From IMG/VR virus record IMGVR_UViG_3300021962_000091, positions 2,749-66,748 of that record: a stretch of DNA of 64,000 nucleotides; one strand, written 5' to 3'. A program made the translations under genes and the position numbers. The first letter of the stretch is position 1. Each line of letters starts with the position of its first letter. The stretch is from a virus. Shown here piece by piece: positions 57,344 through 64,000 of this stretch. A model generated the notes under the pieces. It worked only from the letters and a program-made list of their open reading frames with translations. It made no database searches and had not been told where the DNA came from.

Positions 57344-57937
57344 CTACCTCCTGTTTGTTTGTAATAGTTTAGCCAGGGCGTGCATAATCGCCCCATGCAC
57401 ATCTTCAACCGCTTCATATTCTGTGAGATTGACGTGGAGGTTGACGTCACTCAAACTGCGGAGCGGTTCGCCTAAAAATCCGGTCAAACTAATAAGACGT
57501 ATATTTGGTCGTTCATGTTTTACAAAATTGGCCGTGTGCACCACATTCGGGGATTTGCCACTCGCGCTAATCAACACCACCACCCCTTCGCTGTGTTTGC
57601 GCGTCTGGTGCTTCAGTTGATCGGTAAACACACGGTCGTATCCCAAATCATTGCCAATCGCTGTGAGTAGCGCGATATTACTCGACAGACTAATCACATT
57701 ATGGGAGATGAGTTCTCCCGACGCGCCCTTGAGGTGGTCGCACGCCCAATGCTGTGAGAGGGCCGCTGACGCCCCATTTCCCGCGACAAACACGGGGGCA
57801 CCAGCCTCGGCGGCATCCAGTAAGAGCTGGGCCGCGTCTTCAAGGTCATGCGGTGTAATTTGATGCAGTCCGAGAATGAGCGCCGACTTATGCTGTTCCC
57901 ATTGCGCCTCAATTATGTCGCGTGTCATCATAGACAA
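57344..57937 (-). CDS. gmhA: Phosphoheptose (sedoheptulose-7-P) isomerase, SIS domain
   Basis: AGNGASAA.SQH...D, TAIGNDLGY..VF..Q, ISASGKSPNV, LTGF, EDVH..I.H. Confidence 0.85.
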   Translation of the reverse strand: MSMMTRDIIEAQWEQHKSALILGLHQITPHDLEDAAQLLLDAAEAGAPVFVAGNGASAALSQHWACDHLKGASGELISHNVISLSSNIALLTAIGNDLGYDRVFTDQLKHQTRKHSEGVVVLISASGKSPNVVHTANFVKHERPNIRLISLTGFLGEPLRSLSDVNLHVNLTEYEAVEDVHGAIMHALAKLLQTNRR

Positions 57938-58907
57938 TCTCCACTCCTGTGTGTGTTGGACTTACATTATACCACACATGGTCGGCAAACACCGTGCGTT
58001 GAATGTGCTGTTTTTCCTCGGGAGACTTCGCGCAGAGTAGCAGATAGCCGCCATTCCCCGCCCCCAGTAGTTTTCCCCCAAGCACCCCCGCCCGACGCGC
58101 ACGGTCGTAGGCCTCGTCGATGTCGGGGGTCGAAATGGCCGAGTGCATTTGCTTCTTCTGCATCCACCCTTCGTGCAACAGCTCCCCAAAACCAGCAATA
58201 TGTTGGCGCTCGAACAGCGGCTTGGCTTGATACGCCATATTCACCAGTCGTTCGACGTGCGTCGAAGACATGCCCTGTTGTAGTATTTGATTTGCACTTA
58301 TTTGTCGGCTCGGCATTTTCACGAGAAACAAACACGCAAATAATTCGGGGGCGGGGGCCAGACGCGTCACCGTAAAGGGATGGGTAAAGGGAGGGGTCGT
58401 CATCGGGTTTGCATGATATTCCACAAACAGCGAGCCTCCATACGCGGCGGCCATATGGTCTTGATACCCAATAGGCGAACCGACGTCATGAATTTCCAAA
58501 TGCCCTGCGGTCGTGGCCGCCCAATAGGGGTCGGGGGGAAATGGCGTGTTATACACATAGCGTTGCAGTCCCGACAATAATGCGACAATGAAGGCGCTGC
58601 TGGCGCCAAGTCCCGTCCCAATGGTCGGGATATCCGCAAACGAACTGATCTCAATGTGTTGTGCAATCTTGGCCCAGCGAAGGGCGGAACGCACGCTGTT
58701 ATGTCGCACGGACTCGGCAGTATCATGATACTCCGTAGTAGAGTAGGCAACTTTGACGTGCGGCTGCGGAGTATGGATAATGGTTGCGTACACCCACTTA
58801 TCAAACGTTGCCGAGAGTGTGGCTCCCCCGTAGGTCTCAAAGTAGGACGGAATATCCGACCCTCCGCCGAAGAAACTGAGGCGAAGCGGCGCCTTGACAA
58901 GAATCAT
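57909..58907 (-). CDS. hddA: D-glycero-alpha-D-manno-heptose-7-phosphate kinase (GHMP family)
   Basis: APLRLSFFGGGSD, ADIP..GTGLGASS, G.QD..AAAYGG, W..KK.....IS...ID..Y..A...G..GGKLLGAGNGG. Confidence 0.85.
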   Translation of the reverse strand: MILVKAPLRLSFFGGGSDIPSYFETYGGATLSATFDKWVYATIIHTPQPHVKVAYSTTEYHDTAESVRHNSVRSALRWAKIAQHIEISSFADIPTIGTGLGASSAFIVALLSGLQRYVYNTPFPPDPYWAATTAGHLEIHDVGSPIGYQDHMAAAYGGSLFVEYHANPMTTPPFTHPFTVTRLAPAPELFACLFLVKMPSRQISANQILQQGMSSTHVERLVNMAYQAKPLFERQHIAGFGELLHEGWMQKKQMHSAISTPDIDEAYDRARRAGVLGGKLLGAGNGGYLLLCAKSPEEKQHIQRTVFADHVWYNVSPTHTGVEIVYDDTRHN

Positions 58908-58908
58908 G

Positions 58909-59907
58909 TTAGACCGCCTTTACTTCTGCGATCAGATTCTTCCACTTGCGAATGACTGTGGGCCATCCGAAACGGGTTGTGGCGACCGTGTGCGCGATCT
59001 TACGACGATTGGTGAGACCGGTGCTCTCCCACACATCCGTGGTGCGCAGCACATTGATAATTTGCGCCAGCACTTCGGCGAACTTTGTCGCATGGGCCTG
59101 TGCGTTCTCATCGCCATCATACCAGTCCGTCAACCCACTGCTGGTGTCGGGTAAGGCGGCATAGTTGGGATGGACACAGAGACATCCCGCCATCATCGCT
59201 TCAATCAAGCAGCGACAGGAGGTCTCCGGCCAAATCGACGGATAGGCAAAAATATGGGCGTCCTGATAGGCTTTGGTGATGGTCTCACGATCGACGGTGC
59301 CGTGATAGCGAATCTGAGGATGTGATTTGCACCGCTCGAAGAGCTTTTCATACTGCTTGTCGCGTTCATCCCACCCGTAGAGCTTGAAGGATGAATAGAC
59401 ATCCAATTCAATAAACGGAAAGAGGTCCGCCAAGCGTTCAAAGACGGGCACCAAAATTTCCAGTCCGCGATGCGGTGTTGACGTGTAGATGAGACGAATC
59501 GGATTGGTGCGTGGGTCGGTCTTCTCCGCAAACGGAATCGGCTCCACACCGGTTTCAATCACGCGGCACTGGTCAGAAAACGGCAGTTTGAGTGTGGTGA
59601 TAAATTGCTGATATTGCCAGTTTGACGAAAACACGATGCGGTCAAAACGGTCACGCGAGGCTTGGTCGCGCAGATGTGCGGCTTCGGGGTCGCCGGGTAA
59701 ATCGTGAAGATGGTAGATACGAACGGCATCGGGGTCGAGATCGCGCACCCGCGACGTAATAATCTGGATTCCGTCGAGTTCTTCAGGTGACAAATAGTGA
59801 AAGAGTTCTCTGGTCGTCACCTCGGTGCCGCCATTGGCGTTTTTGTTGAGTTCGTTTTTGCCGATAAGGTTTTGATTGCGAAGTTCAGAAACAGGTGGTA
59901 GCGCCAT
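58909..59907 (-). CDS. Glycosyltransferase family 4 (GT-B)
   Basis: GGTE, LIYTSTPHRGLEIL, HIFAYPSIWPETSC..LIEAMMAG. Confidence 0.88.
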   Translation of the reverse strand: MALPPVSELRNQNLIGKNELNKNANGGTEVTTRELFHYLSPEELDGIQIITSRVRDLDPDAVRIYHLHDLPGDPEAAHLRDQASRDRFDRIVFSSNWQYQQFITTLKLPFSDQCRVIETGVEPIPFAEKTDPRTNPIRLIYTSTPHRGLEILVPVFERLADLFPFIELDVYSSFKLYGWDERDKQYEKLFERCKSHPQIRYHGTVDRETITKAYQDAHIFAYPSIWPETSCRCLIEAMMAGCLCVHPNYAALPDTSSGLTDWYDGDENAQAHATKFAEVLAQIINVLRTTDVWESTGLTNRRKIAHTVATTRFGWPTVIRKWKNLIAEVKAV

Positions 59908-59967
59908 TATGAAATCTCCATTCCGTAGTAGTATAGCACATCATCCGATGTTGCCGCATCAAATCAA

Positions 59968-59982
59968 CTAAATAGTATTTAG
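59968..59982. promoter_or_regulatory. Palindromic pair of late-promoter motifs (CTAAATA-G-TATTTAG)
   Basis: Perfect inverted repeat placing a TAAATA motif on each strand, between the GT4 gene and the endonuclease. Confidence 0.55.
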
Positions 59983-60047
59983 AGCGGGTAGAAATGAGCA
60001 GGAACTCATCTCTACCCTAAACGCTAACAACCTGATCGGAGGCTGTC

Positions 60048-60647
60048 ATGTCTGCTATTATTTATCTTCTCACCAATACCATCAACGGAAAACAATACGT
60101 CGGGCAAACTGTCTATAGTCTAAAAAACCGATGGTGGAAACACTGTTGGAGTGTGAGAAATGGTTCTAACTTACACCTACACAATGCCATGCGGAAATAC
60201 GGACCCGATGCCTTCACCCGAGAGATACTGGAACACACGACCATTGAGGATGTGAATGCTCGTGAAACCTATTGGATCGCGGAACTGAATACGCGGGAGC
60301 ACGGCTATAATATGACGGAGGGTGGAGAGGGCACCCGCGGCATCATACGGAGTGAAGAATATCGGGCAAAACAACGGGTGGCTAAGACAGGCAAAAAATA
60401 TTCTAACGAAACTCGGTCGAGGATGAGCGCAGCACACATAGGCAAGAGATTCTCTGATGAAAGCCGAGCGAGAATGTGCATCGCGCAAAAAGGTCGAAGA
60501 AAGTCAGCCGAACATCGAGCGAAGTTGAGCGCAGCAAATATGGGCAAGAAACTTTCACCCGAGACTATCGCAAAGCGCACGGCCACCTATAAACTTCACC
60601 GACGCATGAAGAAGTTTATGGCTCCGCCCGCGACGATTGTTTCATAA
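60048..60647 (+). mobile_element. Free-standing GIY-YIG homing endonuclease with NUMOD3 repeats, antisense to the cluster
   Basis: IIYLLTNTINGKQYVGQT...R...H...E..WI......GYN...GG; repeated (H/Y)S.E.R.(K/R)MS motifs; GGAGG RBS. Confidence 0.9.
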
Positions 60648-61167
60648 TGAGTTCACACGCATCATAAATGTCGAGGGCTTGATAATCGGGAAGAATATCC
60701 TGATACGGAGATTCTCCACACACATATTTAGACCCCACAAATATCGTGCGTGTTCCCGCATTACGTCCGCATACGATGTCCTTCCAGCGGTCGCCAATCA
60801 TGTAGTGCTGTCGCATCACGCGTGAGAGTTGATGCCGCGCGACTAAATCCAATATCATGCCATGATTCGGTTTGTAGTGGGAACTGCCTTGTACGGAGCA
60901 GTAGGCAATTTCACGAATCTCCGGCACCCAGTGTTGGAGTTGAGCGTTGATGACGTCCATATCGTTCTCTGTCATCTCATGGCCGACATGGGGTTGATTG
61001 GTGACGACAAAGCACTGGTAGTGTGGCGCGACAAGCGCAAACGCGTCTTGCACACGCGGAAGCAGCACGAATTCGTCGATGCACCACGGAGAGGTCATGC
61101 GACCGTCCGCCCGTGGAATCAGTGGGTTAATTACTCCATCACGGTCGAAGAAGATGGCACGGTGCAT
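60616..61167 (-). CDS. gmhB: D,D-heptose-1,7-bisphosphate phosphatase (HAD family)
   Basis: AIFFDRDGVIN, VVTNQP, KPNHGM, MIGDRWKDI..G. Confidence 0.85.
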   Translation of the reverse strand: MHRAIFFDRDGVINPLIPRADGRMTSPWCIDEFVLLPRVQDAFALVAPHYQCFVVTNQPHVGHEMTENDMDVINAQLQHWVPEIREIAYCSVQGSSHYKPNHGMILDLVARHQLSRVMRQHYMIGDRWKDIVCGRNAGTRTIFVGSKYVCGESPYQDILPDYQALDIYDACELIMKQSSRAEP

Positions 61168-61592
61168 GAGGCGGCCTCCAATAAACGAGTGCGAATACTA
61201 CTGGAGCTAAACGAGTGATGTCGCGGCACATAGATGGTCGTCATGTTCAACTGCTGACACAATTCTTTGGCAGTATAATACTGACGCCCCGCATAGTCGG
61301 TGCCCAAAAACCGCACCTGAACATCAACCGTCGCAAACAAATTCTTGAGATCGTCTTCGGTGTCGTAGGGAATAATTTCGTCGATATATTTGACGGCGGA
61401 TAGTTGCTTCCAGCGTTCAAACGTGGTTTGGACGGGCATATTCTTCTCGCGGCGATCCCGTTGGGGATTCGTATGGAGCCCGACGATGAGATAATCACAG
61501 TGCCGCTTGGCGAATTCGAACAGATAAAGGTGCCCCGGATGAAGCAGATCGAACGCGCCGCACGTAAATCCGCGTGCCATGATTACCGCCAC
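61131..61592 (-). CDS. HxGH cytidylyltransferase-family nucleotidyltransferase (TagD/RfaE-II-like)
   Basis: GFTCGAFDLLHPGH, LIVGL, ER..QL.AVKYIDEI, R.H.FSSS.IR. Confidence 0.85.
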   Translation of the reverse strand: MAVIMARGFTCGAFDLLHPGHLYLFEFAKRHCDYLIVGLHTNPQRDRREKNMPVQTTFERWKQLSAVKYIDEIIPYDTEDDLKNLFATVDVQVRFLGTDYAGRQYYTAKELCQQLNMTTIYVPRHHSFSSSSIRTRLLEAASCTVPSSSTVME

Positions 61593-62161
61593 TCTGGACC
61601 TTCAACCCAGGCCACTAAGGATTTTCGAACCCCTTTGGTCACGGGAGTGACGCCGTGCAATATCCACGACGGAAAGATGAGCGCATCACCTTTGACGCGT
61701 GACGCAACGACGGGTGCGCGACTGTTCATTTTGAGTTGAAGATCTCCGCCGGCGTATTCCGTATCATCGGTGAGTTGAACCGAGACGCTTAATTTTCGCG
61801 CCCGAATGACGCCGGGGCTCAAATCCAGATGGTCATCATAGGTGCCGGATTCTTCGGCGTGGTATTCCGTATATTGAATGGTTTGAATGGCCTCAATATC
61901 TACGTTAAAATATTTTTTATTCGCTTCCCCCACGAATAGCGCCATTTTATCATAGAGCCAGCGCGTCTCAGGAGTCGTGGGAATAAAAAATACTTTGCTT
62001 CGACGAATTTCTTGATCGATTTTTCCGGCGGTGAGTTGACCCGCTGTAACAGGTTGCTCGGAAAGATATTTTGTAAGCGTAGCAATTTCCACGTTCGAAA
62101 AAACGCCGCTATATTGAGCAAACACGGACTTCATGCGGGGGGGTGTCAAGTGATAACTCAT
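61583..62161 (-). CDS. 2OG-Fe(II) oxygenase (PKHD/prolyl-hydroxylase-like)
   Basis: QYTEY....YDDHLD...RKLSVSVQL....Y.GGDL...FPSW..H.VTPVTKG.RKSLV.W. Confidence 0.9.
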   Translation of the reverse strand: MSYHLTPPRMKSVFAQYSGVFSNVEIATLTKYLSEQPVTAGQLTAGKIDQEIRRSKVFFIPTTPETRWLYDKMALFVGEANKKYFNVDIEAIQTIQYTEYHAEESGTYDDHLDLSPGVIRARKLSVSVQLTDDTEYAGGDLQLKMNSRAPVVASRVKGDALIFPSWILHGVTPVTKGVRKSLVAWVEGPEWR

Positions 62162-62177
62162 AGTTTAACCTCAGTCA

Positions 62178-62468
62178 TTATTTATCGTCAGTATTATCGG
62201 TGGTATCAATCGTCTGCAACCAGTCGCGCACTTTCGCGACAGATTCTTTCGTCAACACGGTATCGACGGGCGACCCAAACCCCAACCAAACAAAAAATGT
62301 CAATGCCCCTGCGCCAAACAAGGAGTGTGTGGGGGCGTTGCCGCGTGTCAACAATATAACACCCAAATTGAGGGAAGCTATCGCAAAAATCACACGAAGA
62401 ATTTTTCTGGGGTTGTATCGCGTTTCATATTCCAACTTCAAGATATTTTCTAAATCTTCGGGTGTCAT
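62178..62468 (-). CDS. Small protein with two TM segments
   Basis: Two hydrophobic segments; fits the gene order. Confidence 0.55.
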   Translation of the reverse strand: MTPEDLENILKLEYETRYNPRKILRVIFAIASLNLGVILLTRGNAPTHSLFGAGALTFFVWLGFGSPVDTVLTKESVAKVRDWLQTIDTTDNTDDK

Positions 62469-62488
62469 ATCAGTTCTCTTTCACAAAA

Positions 62489-62572
62489 TGGCGGTGAGGA
62501 CAGGAATCGAACCCGCTACCGGTTGTCCGGCGACAGCTTTCAAGGCTGCGTCCCACCATTAGGCTCCTCACC
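62489..62572 (-). tRNA. tRNA-Ser (anticodon TGA)
   Basis: GGTGAGG/CCTCACC acceptor stem, GCAGC-CT-TGA-AA-GCTGT anticodon arm, long variable arm, TTCGATT T-loop, G73 and an encoded CCA. Confidence 0.88.
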
Positions 62573-62600
62573 TTACCCCTCTAGTATACAATATGGACGG

Positions 62601-63095
62601 TCAGTCCCATAGTGATTCCCACATCGGTTCGATCTCTTTGAGCGCCTGATGAAGGTTGGCACGCCGGCGGTCTTCTTCGGCCTTGTGCGCCGCATAGTTG
62701 TTGTCGCGATCGTAGATGTCAACATCCTGTGGGTCTTCACCAAACGCGAGTGCCCAGCGCCGCAACTCCGCATTCCATCGATAGCATTCATTATCCGTCG
62801 CGGAGTCGTCAACGTATTCCGATGGGCACCCGTGAGTATGCTCTGCGAGATGTGTCAGCGATCCGGCCAATACGCGGTTCAAATAGGCATCCAAACTCCA
62901 TGTATCTCGCGGCGCCCAGCCGTAGCGTCCGCGATGATAGAAGGTATAGATGTCACGACACCAGCCTGGGCTACGCCACGCGACCGGCAACTTTCCCGGC
63001 AGATGGAGACCAGTGGCATACCACAGCACATCTCTCCACCAATATGACGAAAACCAACGATACCCACCAAATGACGAAAACCGAATAGCGTCCAT
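62601..63095 (-). CDS. Hypothetical protein, 164 aa
   Basis: RGRYGWAPRDTWSLDAYL...HTHG.P...LWD pattern typical of proteins in phage tRNA regions. Confidence 0.6.
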   Translation of the reverse strand: MDAIRFSSFGGYRWFSSYWWRDVLWYATGLHLPGKLPVAWRSPGWCRDIYTFYHRGRYGWAPRDTWSLDAYLNRVLAGSLTHLAEHTHGCPSEYVDDSATDNECYRWNAELRRWALAFGEDPQDVDIYDRDNNYAAHKAEEDRRRANLHQALKEIEPMWESLWD

Positions 63096-63107
63096 AATAA
63101 CGATATC

Positions 63108-63485
63108 TTAAATGTTCACGACTTCCCATGTATAGGCGGTCGTGAGACGCACCGCATGAAGAAATCCCGACCAAAAGGTCTGTCGTGGGGATACGAGCGA
63201 GAGAAACCGACCACCGGAAGATCTTTCGTAGAGATAATATATTTGCCCAATTGCCGGTTCAAACCGAATCTCGCTATCGTAGACGAGTTTGTTCAACGCA
63301 TACTGCTCCAACAACGCGTCGTATTCGCGCCGTAGTTCTTCATAGCGTTCGAGAAAATGATGCGCGACTTCAGGGTGTGTGCGGCTGCGCCACTTCTGAA
63401 TGTCAGGAAGCGAGATCGCGGGTGCGCTAGGCACGAGCCCGTATTCCAATCCCGAGGCGAATTTTTGAATGGCGGTGTTGGACAT
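63108..63485 (-). CDS. DUF2452-like protein (start corrected to ATG 63485)
   Basis: VY.SEIRFEP.IGQIYYLYER....FLSLVSP..W; the longer ORF-track start lies inside a tRNA. Confidence 0.65.
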   Translation of the reverse strand: MSNTAIQKFASGLEYGLVPSAPAISLPDIQKWRSRTHPEVAHHFLERYEELRREYDALLEQYALNKLVYDSEIRFEPAIGQIYYLYERSSGGRFLSLVSPRQTFWSGFLHAVRLTTAYTWEVVNI

Positions 63486-63491
63486 AATAAG

Positions 63492-63576
63492 TGGCGGAGA
63501 GGACAGGAATCGAACCTGCAAGTGTTTTACCACGGCGGGTTAGTAATCCGCTGCCTTACCGTTAGGCTACCTCTCC
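63492..63576 (-). tRNA. tRNA-Ser with atypical anticodon ACT
   Basis: GGAGAGG/CCTCTCC acceptor stem, GCGGA-TT-ACT-AA-CCCGC anticodon arm (A31-C39 mismatch), long variable arm, TTCGATT T-loop, G73 and CCA. Confidence 0.8.
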
Positions 63577-63579
63577 GTA

Positions 63580-63918
63580 TTAGGACACTTCTTTCGGCCC
63601 CGAGGGACCATTAATGCGGCGATACGGACGTGCGTCCCATCCCATCTCGGTAAAAATTGCGCGCAGTTCGTCGGTAACATGGCCTTCGTTGCCGCTGCAA
63701 TAATAATCCAGATAGTCCCCGCCGGTATTTTCTATGTTTGCGAGAATGCCTCCAGCATACCGCCACGAACAGCCCCACGGCTCGTCCAACGCAGCATGAT
63801 GAAACTCGGTGTTGCACAGTGCCGCATAGAGCGACTTGGCAAACTCGCGGTCGGTCTGCACTCGTTCACAGATACTGATGTTGCGAATAAGATCATGTTC
63901 AAGGTTAGGTCGTGTCAT
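63580..63918 (-). CDS. Conserved phage hypothetical protein, 112 aa
   Basis: LYAALCN..F......WGCSWRYAGGI.A......DYLDYYCSG.EG.VT.E......MGW. Confidence 0.7.
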   Translation of the reverse strand: MTRPNLEHDLIRNISICERVQTDREFAKSLYAALCNTEFHHAALDEPWGCSWRYAGGILANIENTGGDYLDYYCSGNEGHVTDELRAIFTEMGWDARPYRRINGPSGPKEVS

Positions 63919-63933
63919 AATAGCTCTAGTGTT

Positions 63934-64000
63934 TGGTAGCGGTAATGGGAATCGAACCCATCTTCCAGCCTTGAAAGGGCTGTGTCCTAGCCGATAGACG
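63934..64000 (-). tRNA. tRNA-Glu (anticodon TTC); 5' end beyond the window
   Basis: CAGCC-CT-TTC-AA-GGCTG anticodon arm, ATGGG-TTCGATT-CCCAT T-arm, ACCA end. Confidence 0.88.

Noticed and set aside
60048-60647. Group I intron around the GIY-YIG gene
   Set aside because: The flanking genes appear complete, the ORF is antisense to them, and I could not identify intron core elements.
62489-62572. tRNA with TGA in the anticodon loop as a selenocysteine or opal suppressor tRNA
   Set aside because: Anticodon UGA reads the Ser codon UCA; an opal or Sec tRNA needs anticodon UCA.

Overview
This window is part of a large T4-like (Tevenvirinae/Kyanoviridae-like) myophage genome, mostly on the minus strand. 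From left to right: (i) 1-11.6 kb, a tail-fibre region holding an unusual cassette. Two paralogous pairs, each a fibre-like protein followed by a protein built from His/Phe/Tyr-x-Asp/Asn/Ser repeats, flank two radical SAM/SPASM enzymes, a DUF483-like/methyltransferase fusion and a glycosyltransferase-like gene; a truncated gene at the left edge may be a peptide beta-hydroxylase. (ii) 11.6-38.8 kb, the baseplate/tail module (DUF4815-type protein, gp8, gp7-like, gp6, gp25, split gp5, hub, gp53, gp48, gp4, gp2, tube-like, gp26, gp51, tape-measure-like protein). (iii) 38.9-49.6 kb: gp32, gp33, SleB-like hydrolase, a circularly permuted two-piece tmRNA, exonuclease, a candidate structured ncRNA, Dps, Hsp20 and a SpoU/TrmH methyltransferase. 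(iv) 49.6-56.2 kb, putative capsid-packaged internal proteins with T4-like capsid-targeting N-termini and repeated protease-site-like motifs. (v) 56.7-62.2 kb, an NDP-heptose synthesis/glycosylation cluster interrupted by a GIY-YIG homing endonuclease. (vi) The start of a tRNA array (Ser-UGA, an atypical Ser-ACU, a partial Glu-UUC). The best candidate for an undescribed system is the radical SAM cassette: it resembles a triceptide (three-residue cyclophane) RiPP maturation pathway, but its apparent substrates are 400-500 aa tail-associated proteins expressed from late promoters. All family assignments come from motif recognition by eye; no database search was run.
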